A DNA stretch of 32,655 bases from a virus (Duplodnaviria; Caudoviricetes), in IMG/VR virus record IMGVR_UViG_3300020042_001030, positions 1-32,655 of that record; one strand, 5' to 3'. The position numbers were made by a program, and so were the translations under genes. Positions 1-7,650 of the stretch are shown here, one piece after another. Each line of letters starts with the position of its first letter. Position 1 is the stretch's first letter. The notes under the pieces were generated by a model, which was given only the letters and a program-made list of their open reading frames with translations, did no database searches and was not told the origin of the DNA.

Positions 1-918
1 GATTACTTTAGCGGTAACGGCAGTACTACGGCATTCACGCTGTCTCGCCCAGTTGCGTCTGTAGCGCAGGTGCAAGCGGTGGTCAATAACGTAGCGCAGA
101 ATCCATCGGATGCCTTCACAGTTAGTGGTAGCACCATCACGTTCACCTCTGCCCCGTCCAGTGGCACAAACAACATTTATGTTTACTACACAAGCCCGAT
201 AACGCAGGTGATTGCACCGGGTCAGGGTACGGTGACGACTACGTCTTTGACTTCTGGTTTTACTTTACCCGTTTCTTTTGGCGGTACGGGGTTAAATACA
301 GTCCCACATACAGTTCAAGTATTTACTTCTAGTTCTGGCACATACACAACTCCTACTAATTGCAGAGCAATTCTTATTGAGTTAGTAGGTGGCGGTGGCG
401 GCGGTGGCGGCGGTAGCCAAGGTTCACTTGATGGCGGTACGGGAGGTGCGGGCGGTAGTTCTACTTTCGGCACACTAACAAGTGGTGGTGGTGGTGGCGG
501 GTTAAATAGTTCGCTAGGAGCAGGTGGAACCGCGTCTGGTGGAGATTTAAATATTGTTGGAGCAAGAGGAAATTGCGGCGGCGCAGGAGTAAATGGTGCG
601 GTGCAAGGAACAGGTGGCGTAGGAGGAGCATCCTATTTTGGTGGGGCGGGTGGTGGGTTTTATACCGCCGCAGGGGCGGCAGGGGCAACAAATTCTGGTA
701 GTGGCGGGGGCGGTGGCGGTTGTGGAGCCACATCAGCCCCGTATGGCGGTTCGGGAGGCGCATCGGCTGGCTATGTAAGAAAAATGATTAACTCGCCTGC
801 TGCTACATATTCTTATGCTATTGGGGCTGGTGGTACAGCGGGAACCGCAGGGACATCTGGTTTTGCAGGTGGCGCTGGTGGTTCGGGTGTAATCTTTGTT
901 ACGGAGTACTACGTATGA
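1..918 (+). CDS. Glycine-rich tail fibre/appendage protein (5'-truncated by window edge)
   Basis: Frame is open from base 1 (DYFSGNGSTTAFTLSRPVASVAQVQAVVNN...), so the start at 70 is not the true start. N-terminal beta module, then VFTSSSGTYTTP...ELVGGGGGGG and a Gly-rich domain ending GGAGGSGVIFVTEY. Confidence 0.8.
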   Translation, partial: DYFSGNGSTTAFTLSRPVASVAQVQAVVNNVAQNPSDAFTVSGSTITFTSAPSSGTNNIYVYYTSPITQVIAPGQGTVTTTSLTSGFTLPVSFGGTGLNTVPHTVQVFTSSSGTYTTPTNCRAILIELVGGGGGGGGGSQGSLDGGTGGAGGSSTFGTLTSGGGGGGLNSSLGAGGTASGGDLNIVGARGNCGGAGVNGAVQGTGGVGGASYFGGAGGGFYTAAGAAGATNSGSGGGGGGCGATSAPYGGSGGASAGYVRKMINSPAATYSYAIGAGGTAGTAGTSGFAGGAGGSGVIFVTEYYV

Positions 919-1181
919 AATATGCAATCGTTAAAAATAATGTGGTCGTCAATATCATTGAGTATGAGGCACAGCCTTCTACTCCCCCTCCGGGTTTTGA
1001 AGATGGGCATATAGCTATTCAAGCGGATAGAGTCAGTCCGGGTTGGCACTATGCAAATGGTCAATTCACAAACCCTAACCCGCCTGAAGTTATTGAAATG
1101 CCAGCAGCCAAGTCATTGACCGACATGATTTTGGAAAGCCCGACAGAGTTGGCAAAACTCAAAGCCGCATTAGGAATTTAA
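915..1181 (+). CDS. Small tail-fibre partner/assembly-like protein
   Basis: ATGA overlap with the upstream fibre gene. MKYAIVKNNVVVNII...PGWHYANGQFTNP pattern is typical of small genes that follow Gly-rich fibres. Confidence 0.6.
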   Translation: MKYAIVKNNVVVNIIEYEAQPSTPPPGFEDGHIAIQADRVSPGWHYANGQFTNPNPPEVIEMPAAKSLTDMILESPTELAKLKAALGI

Positions 1182-1182
1182 T

Positions 1183-2130
1183 ATGGCTATTAGTACGATT
1201 GACTCAAAAGGGCTAACAAGCCCACTAACCAGCGGGGTAACTACAAATACGGTTACGTCTGCGGCGGCTACTGCGCTAACTTTGCAGTCTGCTGGCACTA
1301 CGGCAGTAACTGTTGATACTTCACAAAAAGTTGGTATCGGATTAACTTCGCCAAGTCAAAAACTAGATGTATCTGGAGAAGCACAATTAACTTATGCTGG
1401 TGGAACTAACTATTTGTATTTTCAGTCAACAAATAATTATGTCGGTAGAAATACTACGGGTGATATTTGGCTAAATACTGTTGGTGGTCAAAATACTATT
1501 TTTGGTATTGCTGGCACAGAAAAAATGCGCCTTACTGGCAATGGATTTTTATGTATTAACAAAACATCAACACAATACAGCGAAACTTTATCCATAGCAA
1601 CGGCTAATCAGCAAGGTATACACATAAACGAAACTTCAAATTCGTCAAATATTAATATCCAATACTTTACAAAAGGTACTGGCTTTACTAATACAGGTGC
1701 AATCTATTACAACGGCTCAGTAATGGCCTACCAGACCACATCTGATTACCGACTTAAAGAAAATATTGCGCCAATGACAGGTGCGTTAAATAAGATTGCA
1801 CAATTAAAACCAAGTGCATATCGTTGGATAGAGAGCCAACAAGAAGATACTGGTTTTATTGCCCATGAGTTGCAAGAGGTTTTCCCTCAAGCTGTAAGCG
1901 GAACTAAAGATGCAACCCGTGAACAAGAGTACGAAGTAACACCAGCGGTTAAAGATGAGCAAGGAAAGATTACAACCCCTGCGGTAATGGGTACAAAAAC
2001 TGTCCCTGATTATCAAGGCATTGACACATCATTCCTAGTAGCAACACTAACAGCGGCAATCCAAGAACTCAAGGCGTTAGTTGACGCACAAGCCGCAGAG
2101 ATTGCGGAACTCAAAGCAAAGGTGGCGTAA
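1183..2130 (+). CDS. Tail fibre protein with C-terminal intramolecular chaperone (peptidase S74-like) domain
   Basis: TSDYRLKENI autocleavage motif, GFIAHELQEVFPQAV, GIDTSFLVATLTAAIQELK and a terminal coiled coil. KVGIG and EKMRL fibre repeats. Confidence 0.88.
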   Translation: MAISTIDSKGLTSPLTSGVTTNTVTSAAATALTLQSAGTTAVTVDTSQKVGIGLTSPSQKLDVSGEAQLTYAGGTNYLYFQSTNNYVGRNTTGDIWLNTVGGQNTIFGIAGTEKMRLTGNGFLCINKTSTQYSETLSIATANQQGIHINETSNSSNINIQYFTKGTGFTNTGAIYYNGSVMAYQTTSDYRLKENIAPMTGALNKIAQLKPSAYRWIESQQEDTGFIAHELQEVFPQAVSGTKDATREQEYEVTPAVKDEQGKITTPAVMGTKTVPDYQGIDTSFLVATLTAAIQELKALVDAQAAEIAELKAKVA

Positions 2131-2441
2131 TGGCTTTCATAGGCAACCAACCATTCACAGCCGCCTTCCTTGTAGATACATTCTCAGGGACAGGTAGCCA
2201 GACTGCTTTTACTATGACGGTCGCACCTGCGAATACGTCATCAATCCTCATATCGGTTACTGGCGTATTGCAAGACCCAAGTACATACACTGTGTCTGGT
2301 ACAACCCTGACCTTCTCAGCCGCTCCACCAAGCGGTACAAGTAACATTAGCGTAAGATTCCTTGGCATACCAGCCAGCGGAGTAACAAGTGGAATTACAA
2401 CAGGAAAAAGCATTGCAATGGCAATGATTTTCGGAGGATAA
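2130..2441 (+). CDS. Small tail-associated adaptor protein
   Basis: Paralogous to the N-terminal module of gene 1..918 (DTFSGTGSQTAFTM...GVLQDPSTYTVSGTTLTFSAAPPSGTSNI). Ends in ITTGKSIAMAMIFGG. Confidence 0.65.
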   Translation: MAFIGNQPFTAAFLVDTFSGTGSQTAFTMTVAPANTSSILISVTGVLQDPSTYTVSGTTLTFSAAPPSGTSNISVRFLGIPASGVTSGITTGKSIAMAMIFGG

Positions 2442-2445
2442 AAAA

Positions 2446-2847
2446 ATGGCAAATCCAAATATCGTCAACGTCACTTCTATTTATGGAAATACGGCATATA
2501 CCACCCCCGGCAGTACGGCTGTAAACACATCATGGACACATAACGGTACAACAGCATTGACGGGACTAACGCCCGCAGTCGGTTCTGTAAACAAAGTTAA
2601 CAGCATTGTTGTCACAAATACAACTGGGTCACCAGCTAATGCGACTGTAGCAATATCAAACAATGCAACATTTGCATCAGGTACAGCGTTTGCACTTGCT
2701 TCTGCTATTCCTGTGCCTGCTAATTCTTCTTTGATTGTTATAGATAAAGCAAATAATTTATATGTAACAGAAAACCAATCTATTGGAGTTACAAGTGGAA
2801 CATCAAGTGCTTTGACTTTTGTGGCCTCGTTTGAGGTGATTACATGA
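2446..2847 (+). CDS. Conserved phage virion structural protein (beta-sandwich, tail-associated)
   Basis: GGAGG SD upstream. Thr/Ser/Asn-rich beta protein, MANPNIVNVTSIYG...FVASFEVIT. Confidence 0.6.
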   Translation: MANPNIVNVTSIYGNTAYTTPGSTAVNTSWTHNGTTALTGLTPAVGSVNKVNSIVVTNTTGSPANATVAISNNATFASGTAFALASAIPVPANSSLIVIDKANNLYVTENQSIGVTSGTSSALTFVASFEVIT

Positions 2848-3770
2848 GTAGACGCTGGCCCGGTGGGATAGTTTCATCCACTTACACAGCACCTACTACT
2901 AGTTCGGCAACTGGAGTATGGACAACTAACACTCAACTGCAATCTGCTCAAGGCGGAATATGGCCCGGTTATACACTCACACTTGATTACCTTGTTATTG
3001 CTGGCGGTGGCGGTGGCGGTAATGTTTATGGCGGTGGTGGTGGTGCTGGTGGTTACCGTGAATTTACATCACAAACATTATCACTTGGAACTGCATATAC
3101 AGTTACTGTTGGTGCTGGCGGTGCGTCTTCAACAGTCGGTTCAAACTCAGTCGTAAACACAAATACTTCTGCTGGCGGTGGGCGTGGTGGAAACGGTAAT
3201 CCTGACAACGGAACAAACGGAGGCTCAGGCGGTGGCGGCGAAGCAGGAGGTGCTGGCAATACTCCATCAACTAGCCCATCACAAGGTAACAATGGCGGTA
3301 GTAGCGTTGTTGGCGGCAATTATGGTCGTGGTGGCGGTGGCGGTGCTGGGGCTGTTGGTTCAAATGGCGTAAGCGCAACTGGCGGTAACGGTGGTGCGGG
3401 TACAGCATCAAGCATTTCTGGCTCTAGCGTCACAAGGGCTGGTGGTGGTGGCGGTGGCACATTCCAAGGTGGAACTGGTGGTAGCGGAGTTAATGGAGGT
3501 GGTAACGCTGGTGCTGGTGGCGCAAACAATGTAGGAAGCCCCGGCACAGCCAATACTGGCGGCGGTGGTGGTGGCGCGGCTTATCAAAGTGGCGGCGGTG
3601 TCAATGGTGGCGCTGGTGGTAGCGGAATTGTGATTATTAAAATTCCAGACACACGCACAGCAAGTTTCTCTGGCGGTGTAACATTTTCTGGTGGAACACC
3701 TAGTGGTGGTTTCAAGGTGTATTCTGTAACTCAAACATCTACAACAAATGAAACCGTAACTTTTAGTTAA
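2844..3770 (+). CDS. Glycine-rich tail fibre/appendage protein
   Basis: DYLVIAGGGGGG...GGGGAGGY...YTVTVGAGG...ANTGGGGGG...GGAGGSGIVIIK Gly-rich domain. ATGA overlap with the upstream gene. Confidence 0.8.
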   Translation: MSRRWPGGIVSSTYTAPTTSSATGVWTTNTQLQSAQGGIWPGYTLTLDYLVIAGGGGGGNVYGGGGGAGGYREFTSQTLSLGTAYTVTVGAGGASSTVGSNSVVNTNTSAGGGRGGNGNPDNGTNGGSGGGGEAGGAGNTPSTSPSQGNNGGSSVVGGNYGRGGGGGAGAVGSNGVSATGGNGGAGTASSISGSSVTRAGGGGGGTFQGGTGGSGVNGGGNAGAGGANNVGSPGTANTGGGGGGAAYQSGGGVNGGAGGSGIVIIKIPDTRTASFSGGVTFSGGTPSGGFKVYSVTQTSTTNETVTFS

Positions 3771-3778
3771 AAAATAAT

Positions 3779-4162
3779 ATGGCACACTTTGCAAAATTAG
3801 ATGAAAACAATGTCGTAATTTTTGTTACTGTTGGTCGTGACGAGGATAACGGCAAAGAAGCAGAATTGTCTGCACGTTCTGGAGATGTTTACAAGCAAAC
3901 CTCGTACAACACCTATGGCGGTGTCCATGCTAATGGCGGTACACCTTTGCGTAAGAACTACGCTGGTATTGGTTATACATACGATAGTCAGCGCGATGCG
4001 TTTATACCGCCGAAGCCATTTGCAAGTTGGGTTTTAAATGAAACCACTTGTCTATGGAATGCGCCAACTCCAATGCCAACTGATAATAAATATTACCAAT
4101 GGAACGAATCCACATTAGCATGGGTTGAATTTAGTAACACACCCGCAGAGGAGAACCAATAA
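3779..4162 (+). CDS. Conserved phage protein, partner of Gly-rich fibre
   Basis: MAHFAKLDENNVV...KQTSYNT...RKNYAGIGYTYD...DAFIPPKPFASWVLNETTCLWNAP pattern. Lies directly after the Gly-rich gene. Confidence 0.7.
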   Translation: MAHFAKLDENNVVIFVTVGRDEDNGKEAELSARSGDVYKQTSYNTYGGVHANGGTPLRKNYAGIGYTYDSQRDAFIPPKPFASWVLNETTCLWNAPTPMPTDNKYYQWNESTLAWVEFSNTPAEENQ

Positions 4163-4722
4163 TGGCTTTAACGCAAGTAGCCTCTGGGCTAATAGCATCT
4201 GTAGCGGCATCAACGCTTACAGGAACACAAACCATTCCAAGAGGTACATTGCCTACGGGGTCTGTGTTGCAAGTGGTAACGTATACATCTAATTCAAATG
4301 CAAGTACAGCAAATACCACAGGTACAAATTATGTTGCAAGTGGATTTATAGTAACAATCACACCATCTTCAGCAACTAGTAAAGTACTTTTGATGTGCAG
4401 TTCTTGCATTGGAAACAGTGCAGGCGCTTCTGGGATGTCTGTTTTGTTTTATAGAAGTATCGGTGGAGGCGGTTATTCCGCTATTGGTAGTAACGGTTTA
4501 GCAACGCAATATTTAAATAACATTACTTATGTGTCCTACCAAGTAAATATGTTTGGTCTTAATTATCTTGATAGCCCCGGAACTACAAGTTCTGTTTCGT
4601 ACCAACTGTACTTTCAAGGAAATAATGGATCGCCTACTGGAACTTGTTATTTAAATGGTAGAAATAATGACGGGTTACAGCAACCCCAATTAAATTTTAC
4701 AGCAATGGAGATTTCAGCATGA
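4162..4722 (+). CDS. Short tail fibre / receptor-binding-like protein
   Basis: LPTGSVLQVV...ITPSSATSKVL...YLDSPGTTSSVSYQ...TAMEISA, a common phage fibre tip module. Confidence 0.7.
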   Translation: MALTQVASGLIASVAASTLTGTQTIPRGTLPTGSVLQVVTYTSNSNASTANTTGTNYVASGFIVTITPSSATSKVLLMCSSCIGNSAGASGMSVLFYRSIGGGGYSAIGSNGLATQYLNNITYVSYQVNMFGLNYLDSPGTTSSVSYQLYFQGNNGSPTGTCYLNGRNNDGLQQPQLNFTAMEISA

Positions 4723-4988
4723 ACAAACATGAAGCAATTTATAAAACACACCCTACAGTCGTTACTATCCGTGGCAATGTGGCTTACGACAAAGACGAGA
4801 ACATTGTTCAATACAACGAAACAGCAGTTCAAGCCTACATAGATGCTCATGCCTACATAGCCAAGCGTCAGGCTGAGTACCCATCTTTCATCGACTACCT
4901 AGACGGCATGGTCAAAGGTGACCAAGCACAGATTGCCAAATACATTGCCGACTGCCAAGCTGTTAAGGCAAAATACCCCAAAGGATAA
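4719..4988 (+). CDS. Small tail-fibre partner/chaperone-like protein
   Basis: ATGA overlap. Y..KRQAEYP...D.LD...C.AVKAKYPK pattern typical of genes following GSVLQVV-type fibres. Confidence 0.65.
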   Translation: MNKHEAIYKTHPTVVTIRGNVAYDKDENIVQYNETAVQAYIDAHAYIAKRQAEYPSFIDYLDGMVKGDQAQIAKYIADCQAVKAKYPKG

Positions 4989-4991
4989 ACT

Positions 4992-5957
4992 ATGTCAAGT
5001 ACCTATTCAACCAACCTAGCCATTGAACTCATGGGTGCTGGCGAACAAGCTGGTAACTGGGGTTCTACGACCAACACCAACCTCGGCACGCTGATTGAAC
5101 AGGCTATATCAGGTTATGAAACTCAAGCCTGTACGGGCGGCACCGACACTCTGCTAATGACCAATGGCGCGTCAGCCACGGCTAGGAATATGTTTTTAGA
5201 GTTGACGGGTACAGGCGGCGGCACACTGGTTGTGCCAGCCAATAAAAAGCTGTACTTTATATTTAACAATACTGCAAGCGCCATCACAGTAAAAGTAAGC
5301 GGTCAGACGGGCGTATCAGTTCCAACCACAGCCAAGATAGTTTTGGTATCTAACGGCACAGATGTAATAGTCGCGCAAAACTACATTCCAAGTTTAATAA
5401 GTCCAACAATTTCTAACGCAACTTTGACAGGAACGCCTATTGCGCCGACTGCATCACCCGGAACAAACACAACCCAGATTGCTACAACAGCGTTTGTAAC
5501 GACAGGACTTCAAGCGGCGTATCCTGTCGGGTCTATCTATTTGGGTACGCTTAGTACTAACCCTAATACATTGTTTGGCTTCGGTACATGGGTAGCGTTT
5601 GGTGCTGGGCGTATGCTAATCAGCACGGACGCTACATATCTTCCCGGTACAACTGGCGGTTCGGCAACAACTACGCTAATAACAGCAAACCTACCAAGCC
5701 ATAACCACTCTGCTACATCAACTGTTTCAGACCCTACCCACTCTCACCAAGCAGGATACACAAACGGTTCTAGTGGTAATGCTGGTCAGGGTATTCCATT
5801 AGCAGATTTTGGGGCATCAGGTCCCTCAACTTTCAATACATCAGCCGCCGGAACAGGAATTACAGTAGGAACGACCATAGGTAATACAGGCTCAGGCACA
5901 GCAATATCTACCATTTCTCCCTATATTGCTGTGTATATGTGGAACCGCACTGTCTAA
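4992..5957 (+). CDS. Tail fibre/baseplate-like protein with C-terminal collar-like domain
   Basis: N-terminal MSSTYSTNLAIEL...GNWGSTTNTN anchor, LTGTPIAPTA...TTQIATTAFV fibre repeat, AYPVGSIY...NPNTLFGFGTW...LPSHNH...PYIAVYMWNRT C-terminal domain. Confidence 0.78.
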   Translation: MSSTYSTNLAIELMGAGEQAGNWGSTTNTNLGTLIEQAISGYETQACTGGTDTLLMTNGASATARNMFLELTGTGGGTLVVPANKKLYFIFNNTASAITVKVSGQTGVSVPTTAKIVLVSNGTDVIVAQNYIPSLISPTISNATLTGTPIAPTASPGTNTTQIATTAFVTTGLQAAYPVGSIYLGTLSTNPNTLFGFGTWVAFGAGRMLISTDATYLPGTTGGSATTTLITANLPSHNHSATSTVSDPTHSHQAGYTNGSSGNAGQGIPLADFGASGPSTFNTSAAGTGITVGTTIGNTGSGTAISTISPYIAVYMWNRTV

Positions 5958-5960
5958 CAT

Positions 5961-6674
5961 GTGGACCCATTCTCTCTCCTCCTTGCTGCTCAAGCAGCCG
6001 TTGGCTTTATCAAAGCAGGGTGCAACATGCTCCACGATGGACGCATGGAGTTGGAAGGTGCCAAGAAAACTGTCGAGGGAGTCATTAGCGATGTTAAGGC
6101 TATCAAAGGCATATTTGACTGGTTCGTTGGACTGTTTAAACGAGCAGAGCCAGCCAACGCGTCCAAGCCTGTGGCAAAAGCGAAAGCCAAAGCCGCAGCA
6201 AAGAAACAATCTTACGAAGAACTTGAACTCAAACTCATCAGCGAGATTGGGGCAAACCTTGGGGTCTTGTTTGACACACAACAACAGATTAACAACCATT
6301 ACCTTGAACTAGAGGAGGAGAGCAAAACCAACTACGACCCAGCGCAAAACACCAGTCAAAAAGCCATAGAGCGGGCATTGATTGAGTTGCAGTTGGAGAA
6401 GTTGATGGAGCAAACCAGAGAGGCGATGGTCTACGCCCCGCCAGAGTTAAAAGACTTGTACAGCAGATTCTTAGTAATGCACGGCAAAATTGAACGTGAA
6501 CAGGAATGGGCTAGAGCAGAGATGATTCGCAGGACTAGACAGGCTAGGTGGAAACAAGAGCAAGAAGAGATTGAGTTGATTGGGCTGATAAGTAGCGGGG
6601 TTGCAGTTGTGTTTATATCAATGTTTTTTGGATGGGCGATGTGGCAACTACGAAACTTATCTTCTGGGTATTGA
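5961..6674 (+). CDS. Coiled-coil membrane protein of unknown function, first gene of lysis region
   Basis: Hydrophobic/amphipathic N-terminus (MDPFSLLLAAQAAVGFIKAG), long helical charged middle, C-terminal TM segment (LIGLISSGVAVVFISMFFGWAMW). Confidence 0.7.
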   Translation: MDPFSLLLAAQAAVGFIKAGCNMLHDGRMELEGAKKTVEGVISDVKAIKGIFDWFVGLFKRAEPANASKPVAKAKAKAAAKKQSYEELELKLISEIGANLGVLFDTQQQINNHYLELEEESKTNYDPAQNTSQKAIERALIELQLEKLMEQTREAMVYAPPELKDLYSRFLVMHGKIEREQEWARAEMIRRTRQARWKQEQEEIELIGLISSGVAVVFISMFFGWAMWQLRNLSSGY

Positions 6675-6808
6675 TAGGAGTTGCAATATGTATTGTTGTG
6701 GGCGTTACCTCGATGGCATACGTGGAAACCCTATATATGCGAGCGCAACTCAAACAAGAGATGAAAGAACTTCGTAAACTCAAACGCGAACTAAAGGAAC
6801 AGAAATGA
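6632..6808 (+). CDS. Small single-pass membrane protein with coiled-coil tail (58 aa, missing from ORF track)
   Basis: Translated by hand: MGDVATTKLIFWVLIGVAICIVVGVTSMAYVETLYMRAQLKQEMKELRKLKRELKEQK*. Fills the gap before the holin, and its TGA overlaps the holin ATG (ATGA 6805-6808). An alternative GTG start lies at 6641. Confidence 0.7.
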   Translation: MGDVATTKLIFWVLIGVAICIVVGVTSMAYVETLYMRAQLKQEMKELRKLKRELKEQK

Positions 6809-7200
6809 TACCTATCGGCGCACTTTTAGACATTGGTGGGAAGATACTAGATAAGGTCTTTCCTGACCCAGCACAGGCAGAGCAGGCCAAACTCAAACTG
6901 CTTGAGATGCAACAAAACGGCGAGTTGGCAAAACTCAATGCCGATGTTTCTGAGCAACATGAGTTGACCGAGCGCCTCAAGGCGGATATGAGTAGCGACT
7001 CTTGGCTGTCCAAGAACATTCGTCCTATGGTGCTTATATTTCTTTTGTTGGCATACACGGGCTTTGCCGTGGCTTCCATGTTTGATTTTGAGACGCGGGC
7101 TAACTACGTAGAACTCTTAGGAAATTGGGGGATGGTAGTGATGTCGTTTTATTTTGGCGGTCGTACTTTTGAGAAGATAGCCGACAAGGTGAAGAAATGA
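6805..7200 (+). CDS. Holin (GTA-type 3TM holin family-like)
   Basis: GKILDKVFPDP...AKLKL...SDSWLSKNIRP + TM helices + FYFGGRTFEK. Lies immediately upstream of the endolysin. Confidence 0.8.
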   Translation: MIPIGALLDIGGKILDKVFPDPAQAEQAKLKLLEMQQNGELAKLNADVSEQHELTERLKADMSSDSWLSKNIRPMVLIFLLLAYTGFAVASMFDFETRANYVELLGNWGMVVMSFYFGGRTFEKIADKVKK

Positions 7201-7649
7201 ACCTTTCAGACCACTTCACCCTTGATGAGGCAACGTACAGCGAGACTGCTATACGTATGAACATTAACAACCAGCCTGATGAACAACAGATGGCAAACAT
7301 GAAGTCGGCGGCTGAACAACTAGAGGCGGTACGTAATGTCACAGGCGCTCTTCGTGTTAATTCTTGGCTACGCTTGCCTGCTGTTAACGTGGCTGTTGGT
7401 GGTTCTAAGGTATCCAGTCACATGGACGGGTGGGCTATTGATTGCTCTTCTTCTGCTCACACTCCTTACGAAGTATGTCAGCTTGTTATAAAGGCGGGCA
7501 TCAAGTTTGACCAGATGATTCACGAATACGGTCGGTGGATGCACATATCCTTTGCGCCTGAGATGCGTCAGCAAGAGTTGACAATTTACAAGCCAGAGGG
7601 AAAATACAAACTTGGCATCCTGACAGAAGCCCAATACCACGCAAAGTAA
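7197..7649 (+). CDS. Endolysin, peptidase M15A (Zn D-Ala-D-Ala carboxypeptidase-like)
   Basis: LSDHFTLDE N-terminus, NSWLR...N.AVGG...SSHMDGWAID (His/Asp Zn ligands) and WMHISF. Confidence 0.88.
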   Translation: MNLSDHFTLDEATYSETAIRMNINNQPDEQQMANMKSAAEQLEAVRNVTGALRVNSWLRLPAVNVAVGGSKVSSHMDGWAIDCSSSAHTPYEVCQLVIKAGIKFDQMIHEYGRWMHISFAPEMRQQELTIYKPEGKYKLGILTEAQYHAK

Positions 7650-7650
7650 T

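Noticed and set aside
2430-2450. A-run at the 2441/2446 junction as programmed frameshift
   Set aside because: The run begins in the stop codon, and the downstream gene has its own GGAGG SD at normal spacing.
400-3640. GGT/GGC-rich tandem-like runs and Pro-rich antisense ORFs (461-763, 3053-3319, 3320-3553)
   Set aside because: These are the codons of Gly-rich fibre domains and their reverse-strand shadows, not repeat arrays or genes.
1-5957. Diversity-generating retroelement or invertible cassette acting on tail fibres
   Set aside because: No reverse transcriptase, invertase, or near-identical template/variable repeat pair seen in the window.
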